Origin: Alphaproteobacteria bacterium
GTDB taxonomy: Bacteria; Pseudomonadota; Alphaproteobacteria; GCA-2731375
Length of the DNA: 64,000 bases
Reading direction: 5' to 3'
Assembly (NCBI GenBank): GCA_965232515.1
Contig: CBDDPY010000002.1
Location: 3,744,001-3,808,000 of the forward strand
Shown piece after piece: positions 31,674 to 41,805 of the stretch (positions within the stretch are counted from its first letter, which is position 1; every line of letters starts with the position of its first letter). The position numbers and the translations under genes were made by a program. Under the pieces are notes generated by a model. That model was given only the letters and a program-made list of their open reading frames with translations. It searched no databases and was not told where the DNA came from.

Positions 31674-33077
31674 TCAAACGGCCAATGGCGGGCTCGTCGG
31701 CCAGTCGGCGTCCTGTTGATAGACCATGCCGGCCTGGAACAGCCGCGCCTCGCCCAGATGTCGTCCGACGAGTTGGAAGCCAACGGGGGCACCCGACGCA
31801 TCGAGGCCACCCGGCAGAATAAGCGCCGGACTGCCGGTCAGATCCTGCGGGCTGGTGTAGGTCACAAGACGGGTGAGGCCGTCCGGCTCTTCGCACAGCG
31901 CCAGGAAGTCTGCGGTGCTGGGGACCGGCGACCACATGATCGGCGCAACGAAGACATCGACCGGCTCGAGCATGGCGGCGAAGGCGCCGGCGAACTCGCG
32001 GCGCGCGATGGTCGCCCGGGCATAGTCGACGCCGCCCGCGGCCTGACCGCCGTCCAGGAAGCCGCGATAGGCCGGGCTGTAATCGTCCTGGCGTTCGGGA
32101 TAGGTCGCGGCGTGCGCGATCGCGGCCTCGACGGCGCAGAGCGTGCCCCACAAGGCGACGGCCTCGGTGCTGTCGGGCATGGTGACCGGCACGATCTCGG
32201 CGCCGCGCGCCTTCAGGATCTCGACACCGCGGCTGATCGCGGCGGCGACCGGCGTTTCGATGGTTTCGGTGCAATAGCGTTCGTCGTAACCGATGCGCAT
32301 GCCCGAGACGCCGTCATCGATGGTCGCGAGATAGTCGGGCGCGGCGCCGGGCAGGCTGGTGGGGTCGCTCGGATCCTGGCCGGCGATGGCGCCGAGCATG
32401 GCAGCGGCATCCTCGACGCGCCGCGTCATCGGCCCGACATGGTCGAGCGTGTCCGAGAGCGGGAACACGCCGTGCCGGCTGACGCGGCCCCAGGTCGGCT
32501 TCAGGCCGACGAGGTGATGCGTATAGCAGGGGAACCGGATCGAACCGCCGGTGTCCGAACCCAGCGAACCGAAGCAAAGGCCGGCGGCCGTGGCCGCGCC
32601 CGAACCGCTGGACGACGCGCCGCACCAGAGATCGGCGTTCCACGGGTTCACCGGCGGGGCGACGTCTGGATGGTGCAGGGCGAGCGCGCCTTCGGTCAGT
32701 TGCAGCTTGCCGAGGATCACGGCGCCGGCGGCGCGAAGCCGCTGCACCACAGTCGCGTCGGACCGGGCGACCCGATCCTTGAAACCCGGAATGCCGGCCA
32801 TCGTCGGCACGCCTTCGCTGTCGCAGAGATCCTTCACCGCCAGCGGCACGCCGTGCAACGGTCCGCGAGACTTGCCGGATGCGAGCTCGGCCTCTGCCTG
32901 CCCGGCCTCGGCCAGCGCCTGGTCGGCCATCAGCGTGGCGTAGCTCTTGATGTCGGGATCGAGCGCGGCGATGCGCGCCAGCATGGCTTCGGTCAACGCG
33001 ACCGGCGACAGTTCCTTGGCGGCGAGCCTGCGGCCCGTCTCGACCAGACCCGCAAGGCCCAACTCAGAATGCGTCAT
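31674..33077 (-). CDS. Amidase-signature family amidase
   Basis: GPLHGVPLAVKD; GASSSGSG; GSDTGGSIRFP. Confidence 0.92.
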   Translation of the reverse strand: MTHSELGLAGLVETGRRLAAKELSPVALTEAMLARIAALDPDIKSYATLMADQALAEAGQAEAELASGKSRGPLHGVPLAVKDLCDSEGVPTMAGIPGFKDRVARSDATVVQRLRAAGAVILGKLQLTEGALALHHPDVAPPVNPWNADLWCGASSSGSGAATAAGLCFGSLGSDTGGSIRFPCYTHHLVGLKPTWGRVSRHGVFPLSDTLDHVGPMTRRVEDAAAMLGAIAGQDPSDPTSLPGAAPDYLATIDDGVSGMRIGYDERYCTETIETPVAAAISRGVEILKARGAEIVPVTMPDSTEAVALWGTLCAVEAAIAHAATYPERQDDYSPAYRGFLDGGQAAGGVDYARATIARREFAGAFAAMLEPVDVFVAPIMWSPVPSTADFLALCEEPDGLTRLVTYTSPQDLTGSPALILPGGLDASGAPVGFQLVGRHLGEARLFQAGMVYQQDADWPTSPPLAV

Positions 33078-33145
33078 GGTTTTCTCCCCCGTTTCCGTTA
33101 GCTGTTGTGCGTCTCCCGGCGTCGATGCAGGCGAAGACCGGGGCC

Positions 33146-33775
33146 TCAACCCAGGACATGCCGGCGGTCACCGGCGTCGTCGGCCAACAGTTCCGCAATC
33201 GACCGTCGCTTCGACATGATCTGCAGGCTCAGATCCTCGATACTGATCCGTCGCGCCATCGCGCCGCGCTGCAGCAGCCGGTACGCCTCGCCTTCCGAAA
33301 GCTGGCCGTGCCGCATTAGGTGAACGACCGCCGAGATGACCTTGCGGCGCAGGCGCACGCGTTCTTCCGCCGCCCGCAGGCGAAGATGCGTTTCCCGTAA
33401 CGCCGCGAACTGGTGCATGGCGATCGCCAGGCAGGAATAGACACCGGTCCGCCGGATCGGTTTGGTCAGATAGGCCGACGGCTGACGGCTCAGCAACGCC
33501 TCCAGGCGGCTCGGCGCTTCGAAACCGATCAACGCGATACTCGGCACGGCATGCGGCTGCCAGTCGTCGTCCTCGCCCGGCCGGCTGGCCAGGCGGTCGG
33601 CATCGAAGAAAAACACGTCGACATCGGCGGCGATTTGCGCCGGCTGGTCATCGAAAGCGGTGACGCGAAGGCCGAGCTGTTCGAGCTGGTTTTGCAGCAC
33701 CGTGCGATCGGCGCCGGCCGCGTGCTCGATCAGCGCATGCAGGCCGCGGAACGAGGGAATGCGGTTGCGCTTCAT
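33146..33775 (-). CDS. amiR: AmiR-like ANTAR antitermination regulator
   Basis: Pseudo-receiver domain (FFFDAD, IALIGFEAPSRL, YLTKPI) plus ANTAR (LMRHGQLSEGEAYRLLQRGAMARRISIEDL); overlaps amiC stop. Confidence 0.85.
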   Translation of the reverse strand: MKRNRIPSFRGLHALIEHAAGADRTVLQNQLEQLGLRVTAFDDQPAQIAADVDVFFFDADRLASRPGEDDDWQPHAVPSIALIGFEAPSRLEALLSRQPSAYLTKPIRRTGVYSCLAIAMHQFAALRETHLRLRAAEERVRLRRKVISAVVHLMRHGQLSEGEAYRLLQRGAMARRISIEDLSLQIMSKRRSIAELLADDAGDRRHVLG

Positions 33776-34977
33776 CGTACGACCCTCAGCCGCGGCCCGG
33801 CCCGATCGCGCGATCGCTGCCGCACCGCCGCGCCAGCCAGCGCGTCGACATCGAGCCAGGCCAGATAGGGGTCCGGCTTCACCGGTTCGCCGGCGGCCTC
33901 GACAATGTCGAAACGGAAACCGCTTTGCGAGCGGGCGAGGCGCGGCGTCAGGTAGCAGTGGTTGGTCTCCCGATCGACGGTGACCTTGCCTTGCGGCGCG
34001 TCGATCGTTTCGCCGTAGACGGCGTTGCGCACCGCGTGCACGTCGGCACGACCGGCGCGGCGGATCGCCCGCGCGAGCAGGATGCCGCAGAGATAGGCGG
34101 CCTCGGCATCGACCCCGGGCAGGGCGTCCGATCCGAACTTGGCCTGGTATCGGCGCACGAAACTGCGGTTGGCCGGCGTGTCGATGCTGGCGAAATAGAC
34201 CGACGAGCTCAGGTGGCCTACCGATGCCGCGGGTCCGATCAGCCGCAGTTCCGGCTCGCTGAGGCTGCAACTCAATATCGGCACGGCTGCGTCATCGCCG
34301 ATACCGGCGCGATGGCGGGCCTCGCGCAGCTTGCGGTGAAACAGATAGCTGGCCTCGCCGACGAGCGTGTTGAAGATGGCCGGCGGCCGCTTGTCGACGA
34401 TCTCCTGCACGATGTGGTCGATGTCGGTGTCGCCCAAGGCGACCAGCCGCTTGGCCAGCACCTGGCCGCCCGCCGCGTTGACGATCTCCTGCAGGACACG
34501 TGTTGTTTCCCAGGTCCAGATGTAGTTCGAGCCGACGCAGAACACATCGGCGCCGATGTCCCGGATCATGTGCGCGGCCAGCGGCACGATGTGCTGGTTC
34601 GGCGCGGCGCCGACATAGATCACGTTGTCGCTGCTTTCGAAGCCTTCGTAGCGCGCGGAGTGCCAGAGCAGGCGGTCATAGCGCTCCAGCAATGGCAGCA
34701 CCTGCTTGCGGGAAGCAGACGTGTAGCAACCGACGATGTGATGGACCGACTTGTCGCGGATCAGGGTCTGCAGGTGCGCTTCGTACTGGCGCAGGTCGCC
34801 GCCGGGGTCGAGCGTCAGCGGCACCAGCTCGAAGTCGTTGTCGGGACCGGCATTGACCTCGTCGATCGCCAACGAGATGCCGTTCACCATCTCGCGGCCG
34901 ATCGGCCCATAGGGCCCGGTGCGTGAGTACAGCACACCGATGTGCACCGGCTCGCGTCGACGTCGCATCCCAGTCAT
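33772..34977 (-). CDS. amiC: AmiC-like cytoplasmic amide sensor (type I periplasmic-binding fold)
   Basis: IGVLYSRTG; GCYTSASRK; YEGFESSDNVIYVGAAPNQH; no signal peptide. Confidence 0.88.
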   Translation of the reverse strand: MTGMRRRREPVHIGVLYSRTGPYGPIGREMVNGISLAIDEVNAGPDNDFELVPLTLDPGGDLRQYEAHLQTLIRDKSVHHIVGCYTSASRKQVLPLLERYDRLLWHSARYEGFESSDNVIYVGAAPNQHIVPLAAHMIRDIGADVFCVGSNYIWTWETTRVLQEIVNAAGGQVLAKRLVALGDTDIDHIVQEIVDKRPPAIFNTLVGEASYLFHRKLREARHRAGIGDDAAVPILSCSLSEPELRLIGPAASVGHLSSSVYFASIDTPANRSFVRRYQAKFGSDALPGVDAEAAYLCGILLARAIRRAGRADVHAVRNAVYGETIDAPQGKVTVDRETNHCYLTPRLARSQSGFRFDIVEAAGEPVKPDPYLAWLDVDALAGAAVRQRSRDRAGPRLRVVR

Positions 34978-35046
34978 GTCCCTTCACTTAAAGCCTCACA
35001 TCGTCACCCCGACCCTGTCAAATGACGCCGCCGCATGGCAGCTATC

Positions 35047-35076
35047 TTGACAACGTTCAGGGGCGCCGCCTACCGT
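35047..35076 (+). promoter_or_regulatory. Sigma70 promoter of the amidase operon
   Basis: TTGACA-N18-TACCGT upstream of the ANTAR leader; a divergent TTGACA at 35021-35016 faces amiC. Confidence 0.55.
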
Positions 35077-35101
35077 ATTGGCAGTACGGCGCGCACGGCC
35101 A

Positions 35102-35208
35102 CGGACAATGGCGTCCGGCAACGCGGCGCGCGCCTCGTAATCATTCTGGGCGTTACGATGCCCACGGCAAGGTAGCCTCGACCCAAGTTTTTGGGTGCGG
35201 GGCTTTTT
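35102..35208 (+). promoter_or_regulatory. ANTAR-target leader RNA with antiterminator/terminator
   Basis: Hexaloop hairpins CGGAC-AAUGGC-GUCCG (35102-35117) and GGC-AAGGUA-GCC (35166-35177), both with A1/G4 loops; the second overlaps terminator GCCUCGACCCAA-GUUU-UUGGGUGCGGGGC-UUUUU. Confidence 0.8.
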
Positions 35209-35257
35209 GCGTTTTACCGCCATGTGTGCCGCAGGACGGAACAAGGAGGGGGGCCCG

Positions 35258-36808
35258 ATGCCGGTCAGGCTGCCGACAACAGACCAACTGGACGACATCG
35301 CCGTATCCTTCGGTCTCGACCTCGACGACGATGACCTGCGGTCGTTCCGCGAGATCATGCGCGGGCCGCTGACGTCCTATGCCAGGCTCGACCAACTCGC
35401 CGAGCCCAAGCTGCCGGTGCGTTATGCGCGAACGCCCGGCCACCGGCCGACCGAGGCCGACAATCCCTACAACGCATGGTATTGGCGCACCGAGATCAAG
35501 GGCGCGCGCAACGGCCTGCTGGCCGGCAAGTCGGTGGCGATCAAGGACAATATCTGCGTCGCCGGCGTGCCGATGATGAACGGCTCGGCCTTGCTCGAAG
35601 GCTATGTGCCCGAGATCGATGCGACGGTGGTGACACGCATTCTCGAGGCCGGCGGCACCATCGCCGGCAAGGCCGCATGCGAGGATCTGTGTTTCTCCGG
35701 CGCCAGCCACACGGCGGCGACGGGGCCGATCCGCAATCCGCACAATCCCAAGCACAGCGCCGGCGGATCGTCGGGCGGCAGCGCCGCGCTGGTCGCGGCC
35801 GGCGAGGTGCCGATGGCCCTGGGCGGCGACCAGGGCGGCTCGATCCGCACGCCGTCGAGCTGGTGTGGCGTTTACGGGCTGAAACCGACCTGGGGCCTGG
35901 TGCCGACAACGGGATCGATGCCGATCTCCTATTCGGTCGATCATTGCGGCCCGATCTGCGCCAGCACCGAGGACGTGGCGCGGCTGCTGACGGTGATCGC
36001 TGGGCACGACGGCTACGACAGCCGGACGCAGCTGGCCAGCACCGGCGACTATATGGGCGCGTTGGAAGCGGGCGTCAAAGGACTGCGCATCGGCATCCTG
36101 AAGCAGGGCTTCGGTCATCCCGAAAGCGATGCCGCCGTCGACCGTGCCGCGCGGGACGCCATCGGCGTTCTGAAATCGCTGGGCGCCAAGGTCAGCAAGG
36201 TTTCGGTGCCGATGCATTACGACGGCCCGCATATCTGGAGCGGTATCATCCTGGAAGGCGCCGCCGAGATGATGCTGAAAGGCTATGGCGTCGGCAACAA
36301 CGTGCAGGGTTACTACCCGCTGTCGATGCAGGAAGCCTTTGCGCGCGGCATGTCGACCCGCTTGAACGATGCCGCGGAGACGGTGAAGCTGGTGCTGATG
36401 CTGGGCGAATACCTGCATCGCAACTATCACAACCGCTATCATTCCAAGGCGCAGAATTTGCGCGTGCTGTTGCGCGACGCCTATGCTGAGGCATTGAACG
36501 AGGTCGACATCCTGGCGATGCCGACGATCCCGTTCACCGCGACTGAGATTCCGCCGGCCGACTGTCCTCTGGAGCAATATGTCGATCTGGCGCTGAACAT
36601 GCAGGCGAATACCTGTCCGTTCGATGTCAGCGGCAATCCGGCGTTCACCCTGCCGTGTGCGCAGAAGGGCGGCTTGCCTGTCGGGCTGATGCTGGTCGGC
36701 CGGCATTTCGAGGAAGCGACGCTGATAAAGGCGGCGGCCGCGTTCGAGGGCGCGGCCGACTGGCGCAAGACGGCCGCCGGTGGCGCCCGCCGCAAGGCCA
36801 AGACCTGA
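35258..36808 (+). CDS. Amidase-signature amidase (CX3C subgroup, similar to NHase-associated amidases)
   Basis: AIKDNICVAGVPMMNGS; KAACEDLCFSG; GGSSGGSAA; GGDQGGSIR; AAGGAGG RBS. Confidence 0.93.
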   Translation: MPVRLPTTDQLDDIAVSFGLDLDDDDLRSFREIMRGPLTSYARLDQLAEPKLPVRYARTPGHRPTEADNPYNAWYWRTEIKGARNGLLAGKSVAIKDNICVAGVPMMNGSALLEGYVPEIDATVVTRILEAGGTIAGKAACEDLCFSGASHTAATGPIRNPHNPKHSAGGSSGGSAALVAAGEVPMALGGDQGGSIRTPSSWCGVYGLKPTWGLVPTTGSMPISYSVDHCGPICASTEDVARLLTVIAGHDGYDSRTQLASTGDYMGALEAGVKGLRIGILKQGFGHPESDAAVDRAARDAIGVLKSLGAKVSKVSVPMHYDGPHIWSGIILEGAAEMMLKGYGVGNNVQGYYPLSMQEAFARGMSTRLNDAAETVKLVLMLGEYLHRNYHNRYHSKAQNLRVLLRDAYAEALNEVDILAMPTIPFTATEIPPADCPLEQYVDLALNMQANTCPFDVSGNPAFTLPCAQKGGLPVGLMLVGRHFEEATLIKAAAAFEGAADWRKTAAGGARRKAKT

Positions 36809-36826
36809 GCAGGGAGCGACGGACAT

Positions 36827-37825
36827 ATGGGCATGAACGATTGGGTCGGCAACTCGCTGATGGGGCTGCGCGGCGAGAGCAAAGGCGAAACCGGCGCCAC
36901 GCACGAGCTGACCGAAGAGAAGCAGGAGACCTTTCACTTCACCATCGGCCCCTATACCGATCCGGTGATGACGGCGCGCCCCGGCGATCGGATCGTCGTG
37001 GAAACGCGCGACGCCTTCAGCGGCAAGATCAAGACCGAACAGGACAAGCCGTCGGAAAAGATCCGCATGCCGTTCGCCAATCCGCAGAACGGCCCGATCA
37101 TGATCGAGGGCGCGGAGCCGGGCGACGCGCTGGCGGTCCATATCGAGAGCATGCAGCCGCGCGGCGAGCAGCCCCGCGGCACCTGCGCGATGATCCCTGA
37201 GTTCGGCGCCCTGACCGGCACCTACTACACCGCGACGCTGAACGATCCATTGCCGGAGGTGGTGCGCAAGGTGCACGTCACCGAAGAGAAGGTGGAATGG
37301 AGCGACCGGGTGACGCTGCCCTACAAGCCGCATATCGGCACCTTGAGCTGCTCGCCGGAAATCGACTCCATCAGCTCGCTGACGCCCGACAACCACGGCG
37401 GCAACATGGACCTGCCGGATATGGGCCCGGGCACGGTGACCTACCTGCCGGTGCGGGTGCCGGGCGCGCGGCTATTCATCGGCGATGCGCATGCCTGTCA
37501 GGGCGACGGCGAGGTCTGCGGCGTCGCCGTCGAACATGCCAGCCTGACGACGATCCGCGTCGACGTGATCAAGGGCTGGACCATCGAATGGCCGCGGCTG
37601 GAAAGCGACGAGATGATCATGGCGATCGGCAGCGCCCGGCCGCTGGAAGACGCGACCCGCATCGCCTATCGCGAGCTGATCCGCTGGATGGTGGCGGACC
37701 ACGGCTTCGACCAATGGGACGCCTACATGATGCTGAGCCAATGCGGGCGGGTTCGGCTCGGCAACTTTGTCGACCCGAAATACACCGTGGGCGCGGCCGT
37801 ATCGAAGAAGTACCTGGTCCAATAA
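36827..37825 (+). CDS. Acetamidase/formamidase family protein
   Basis: NPQNGPIMIEGAEPGDAL; HGGNMDLPD; IGDAHACQGDGE. Confidence 0.92.
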   Translation: MGMNDWVGNSLMGLRGESKGETGATHELTEEKQETFHFTIGPYTDPVMTARPGDRIVVETRDAFSGKIKTEQDKPSEKIRMPFANPQNGPIMIEGAEPGDALAVHIESMQPRGEQPRGTCAMIPEFGALTGTYYTATLNDPLPEVVRKVHVTEEKVEWSDRVTLPYKPHIGTLSCSPEIDSISSLTPDNHGGNMDLPDMGPGTVTYLPVRVPGARLFIGDAHACQGDGEVCGVAVEHASLTTIRVDVIKGWTIEWPRLESDEMIMAIGSARPLEDATRIAYRELIRWMVADHGFDQWDAYMMLSQCGRVRLGNFVDPKYTVGAAVSKKYLVQ

Positions 37826-37851
37826 CGGTCTGAACAGGGGAGAAAAGAATA

Positions 37852-39084
37852 ATGCAACGATACGCTTCAAAACCGTGGCTCGGCGCCCTGTCGGCGCTGG
37901 CGATGCTGTCGGCGACTGGTGTCGCCGCACAGGACAAGATCACGATCGGCCTGCTGGAGGACGTGTCCGGCGACATCGCGCTGATGGGCGCGCCGAAACT
38001 GAACGGCACCCTGCTGGCGGTCGAGGAGATCAACAACGCCGGCGGCATCATGGGCCGGCAGATCGAGGTCAAGCATCTCGATCCGCAGATGGACAACGCG
38101 CGCTATCAGGAATTCGCCCGCCGGCTGATCAAGCGCGACAAGGTCGACGTGCTGATCGGCGGCATCACCAGCGCCTCGCGCGAGGCCATCCGGCCGATCG
38201 TCAACCGCTCCAACGTCTTCTATTTCTATACCAACCAGTACGAGGGCGGTGTCTGCGACGCCAGCATGGTCAGCACCGGCGCCGTGCCGGAGCAGCAGTT
38301 CTCGACGCTGATCCCGTGGATGGTCGAGAAGTTCGGCAAGAGGGTTTATGTCATCGCCGCCGACTACAATTTCGGCCAGCTCTCGGCGGTCTGGACCCGC
38401 GACATTCTGAACAAGCTGGGCGGCGAGGTCATCGGCGAGGAGTTCATCCCGCTGGGCGTGTCGCAGTTCGGCCAGACAATCCAGAACATCCAGAAGGCGA
38501 AGCCGGACTGGATCATGACGCTGAACGTGGGCGCGGCGCAGGACTCGTTCTTCGAGCAGGCGGCCGCGGCCAAGCTCGATATCCCGATGGGCAGCTCGAT
38601 CAAGATCATGCTCGGTTTCGAGCACAAGCGCTTCGCGCCGCCGGCGCTGGCCAACATGCATGCGGTGGCGAACTGGTTCGAGGAGGTCGACACGCCGGCC
38701 GCCGCGGACTTCAAGAAGCGCTGGCGGGCCAAGTTCCCGGAGGAGAAGTACATCAACGACATGGGCTACAACGCCTATGTGACGGTGTACATGTACAAGA
38801 TGCTGGTCGAGGCCGCGAAGTCGACCGACAAGGAAGACCTGCGCAAGGTCATCGCCACGGGCGAGGCCTGCATCGAGGCGCCGGAAGGCAAGATCTGCAT
38901 CGATCCGAAAAGCCAGCACACCTCGCATCGCATGCGGCTGATCAGTGTCGACAACAGCCACAACGTGAGCGTGACCAAGGATTTCGGATTGATCGAGCCC
39001 TATTGGTTAGGCGAGGTCGGTTGCGATCTGACGCAGCACGATCCCAAGGAACAATACGACCCCAACAATCTGCCGAAGAAGTAG
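37852..39084 (+). CDS. Urea/short-chain amide ABC transporter substrate-binding protein (UrtA/FmdD-like)
   Basis: Signal peptide; SASREAIRP; YTNQYEGGVC; GAVPEQQ. Confidence 0.88.
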   Translation: MQRYASKPWLGALSALAMLSATGVAAQDKITIGLLEDVSGDIALMGAPKLNGTLLAVEEINNAGGIMGRQIEVKHLDPQMDNARYQEFARRLIKRDKVDVLIGGITSASREAIRPIVNRSNVFYFYTNQYEGGVCDASMVSTGAVPEQQFSTLIPWMVEKFGKRVYVIAADYNFGQLSAVWTRDILNKLGGEVIGEEFIPLGVSQFGQTIQNIQKAKPDWIMTLNVGAAQDSFFEQAAAAKLDIPMGSSIKIMLGFEHKRFAPPALANMHAVANWFEEVDTPAAADFKKRWRAKFPEEKYINDMGYNAYVTVYMYKMLVEAAKSTDKEDLRKVIATGEACIEAPEGKICIDPKSQHTSHRMRLISVDNSHNVSVTKDFGLIEPYWLGEVGCDLTQHDPKEQYDPNNLPKK

Positions 39085-39164
39085 GCAAGGGCGCTACTCT
39101 TTGATCGGGCGGCGGCGCGCGGGCAACGCGCGCCGCTGACCCGGCCATTGCCGCCGGAGGGGCG

Positions 39165-40031
39165 ATGTTCGCCGAGATCTTCTCGATACTCTTTCAGTTC
39201 GCCGACGTGTTTGCGTTTCTGGTGCTGGCCGCCGCCGGGCTGGCGATCATCTTCGGCATGATGGGCATCATCAACCTCGCGCACGGCGAGTTCATTACCT
39301 GCGGCATTTACGTGACCGTCGCTGGCGTGCAGCAGGGACTGCCGCTGCCGGTGGCGCAGGCGCTGGGCGCGCTGACCGCCGGCGTCATCGGCGTCATTCT
39401 GGAACGCACCGTCATCCACCGGCTCTATAACCGGCCGCTCGACTCGATCCTGGCGACCTGGGGCATCAGCCTGATCGTCACGCAAGGTATGCTGGTCACG
39501 CTGGGTTCGAGCTGGGCCGGGATCGGCACGCCCGAAGGCAGCTTCCAGGTCGGCGAGTACACCTTCTCCACCTATCGGCTGGTGCTGTTCGCGGCGGCCG
39601 TGCTGGTGATGCTGGCGCTCTATCTGCTGTTCATGCGCACGCGCTACGGCGTTCTGGCGCGCGCCACGATGCAGAACCCGCAGATGGCGCGCGCGCTCGG
39701 CGTCCGCACGCCATGGGTCTACGCCACCAGCTTCGGCGTCGGCGCGGCGCTGGCCGGCCTGTGCGGCGCGCTCTATGCGCCGACCATGACCCTGATCCCG
39801 ACCATGGGCATCACCTTCATCGTCGAGGCCTTCGTCACCGTCGTCGTTGGCGGCTCCAACGTGCTGATCGGCACGGTGCCGGCGGCCATGGTGCTGGGCG
39901 CCATCCGCACGGCGCTGAACGCCTGGCAGGGCCAGATCATCGGCCAGATCGGCATGCTGATCGCGGTGATCCTGGTGATCCGGGTGCTGCCCGAGGGCGT
40001 CTCGGGCTGGCTGCTGCGCCGGAACCGCTGA
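39165..40031 (+). CDS. Urt/branched-chain-type ABC permease (UrtB-like)
   Basis: GLAIIFGMMGIINLAHGEF; ILATWGISL. Confidence 0.9.
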   Translation: MFAEIFSILFQFADVFAFLVLAAAGLAIIFGMMGIINLAHGEFITCGIYVTVAGVQQGLPLPVAQALGALTAGVIGVILERTVIHRLYNRPLDSILATWGISLIVTQGMLVTLGSSWAGIGTPEGSFQVGEYTFSTYRLVLFAAAVLVMLALYLLFMRTRYGVLARATMQNPQMARALGVRTPWVYATSFGVGAALAGLCGALYAPTMTLIPTMGITFIVEAFVTVVVGGSNVLIGTVPAAMVLGAIRTALNAWQGQIIGQIGMLIAVILVIRVLPEGVSGWLLRRNR

Positions 40032-41086
40032 TGCGCATGCGGCTACAGGCGCTGAACGGACCGCAGACGATTGGCAACGGCCGGGCGTTCTGGATCAGCT
40101 TCATCGTCGTCCTGATCGGCGCGCTGATCTACCCGGCCTGGGCCGATCCCTACGACGTCGGCAACTCGGCCTATTTCCTGATCTGGATTTTCATGGCCCT
40201 CGGCCTGTCGCTGATGTGGGGTTATACCGGCATCATGTCGTTCGGACAGACGGCGTTTTTCGGCGTCGCCGGTTATGGCTATGGCGTCATCGCGATCAAT
40301 ATCGACGCCACGGGCGGCCTGACGCTTGTCGCGCTGCTCTGCGCCGTGTCGTTGGCGGCCGTGTCGGCCGCGGTGCTGGGCTATTTCATGATTTACGGCC
40401 GCGTCGGCGGCGTGTTTTTCGGCATCGTCACCTTTGCGACGACGCTGGCGTTGGCGGCGTTCCTGCACCAGACGGCCGGTCCGGAATGGGCCATCGGCAA
40501 GGCCCGCCTGAACGGCTTCAACGGCATGGGCGGCATGTCGCCGCTGGAACTGCCCTGGTTCGACGGGCCGATCTATTTGGAGGACACGGCGCTCTACTAT
40601 TTCGTCCTGCTGTTGCTGCTGGCCGTCTATCTCGGCCTGCGCCTGCTGGTGAACGGCCGCTTCGGCAACGTCCTGGTGGCGATCCGCGAGGACCCGCTGC
40701 GGGCCGAGCTGCTGGGCTACGATGTGCGCAAGTTCCAGCTCGCGGCCTTCGTCATCGGCAGCGCGCTGGCCGGTCTCAGCGGCGTGCTCTATACGGCCTG
40801 GGGGCAGTTCATCACGCCCGCCAGCATGGGCCTGCCGGCGGCGGCGATGCCGATTATCTGGGTTGCGTTCAGCGGTCGCAGCGACTTGACGGCGACGCTG
40901 GTCGGCACCTTCACGCTGCTGCTGGCGTTCCAAACCATCACCATCTACAGCCAGCAATACGCCCTGATCCTGATGGGCGCGGTGCTGTTGGCGACCGTGC
41001 TGTTCATGCCGACCGGGCTGATGGTCGAGATCGGGCGGCTGATCAAGCGGATGCATGCGAGAGCGACCGCGGGGTCGACGTTGTGA
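40031..41086 (+). CDS. Urt/branched-chain-type ABC permease (UrtC-like)
   Basis: LMWGYTGIMSFGQTAFFG; FGNVLVAIREDPLRAELLGY. Confidence 0.9.
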   Translation: MRMRLQALNGPQTIGNGRAFWISFIVVLIGALIYPAWADPYDVGNSAYFLIWIFMALGLSLMWGYTGIMSFGQTAFFGVAGYGYGVIAINIDATGGLTLVALLCAVSLAAVSAAVLGYFMIYGRVGGVFFGIVTFATTLALAAFLHQTAGPEWAIGKARLNGFNGMGGMSPLELPWFDGPIYLEDTALYYFVLLLLLAVYLGLRLLVNGRFGNVLVAIREDPLRAELLGYDVRKFQLAAFVIGSALAGLSGVLYTAWGQFITPASMGLPAAAMPIIWVAFSGRSDLTATLVGTFTLLLAFQTITIYSQQYALILMGAVLLATVLFMPTGLMVEIGRLIKRMHARATAGSTL

Positions 41087-41805
41087 CGGCGATCCTGGAG
41101 GCGCATGGCCTGCACAAGCGGTTCGGCGGTCTCGCCGCCGTCTCGGATGTCGACCTGGCGATCGAGGAAGGCGAGATCCACTGCCTGATCGGCCCCAACG
41201 GCGCCGGCAAGAGCACGTTGTTCAAGCTGCTGCTGGGCACCTACGATCCGTCCGCCGGCCGGGTCATGTTCCAGGGCGTCGACGTGACCCGGCAGAAACC
41301 CTTCGAGCGTGTGCTGCACGGCATGAGCATCAAGATGCAGGTGCCGAGCGTGTTTCGCGATCTGCCGGTATCGCAGAACCTGGTGATCGCGCTGCAACGC
41401 CGGCTGCCGCGGGCCGAGATCGACGCCGAGATGCGACAGCTTCTAACCCTGCTGGAACTGGAAGCGGAGATCGACAAGCCGGCCGGCGAACTGTCGCACG
41501 GCCAGCAGCAGTGGCTGGAGATCGGCATGGCGCTGGCCCTGCGGCCGCAACTGCTGCTGCTGGACGAACCGACCGCGGGCATGTCAACGGACGAGACCTT
41601 CCGGACCGGCGAGCTGATCCAGCGCTTGAATGCCTCCGGCATGACCATCCTCGTGGTCGAGCACGACATGGCTTTCATCCGGCAGATTGCGCAGCGGGTG
41701 ACGGTCCTGCATCTGGGCCGGGTCTTCGCCCAGGATTCGATCGACAAGATCATCGCCGACCCGCGCGTCGCCGAAATCTATCTCGGGAAGACCGATGTCG
41801 ACTGA
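41083..41805 (+). CDS. ABC ATP-binding protein (UrtD-like)
   Basis: GPNGAGKST; LSHGQQQWLEIG; LLLDEPTAG. Confidence 0.92.
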   Translation: MTAILEAHGLHKRFGGLAAVSDVDLAIEEGEIHCLIGPNGAGKSTLFKLLLGTYDPSAGRVMFQGVDVTRQKPFERVLHGMSIKMQVPSVFRDLPVSQNLVIALQRRLPRAEIDAEMRQLLTLLELEAEIDKPAGELSHGQQQWLEIGMALALRPQLLLLDEPTAGMSTDETFRTGELIQRLNASGMTILVVEHDMAFIRQIAQRVTVLHLGRVFAQDSIDKIIADPRVAEIYLGKTDVD

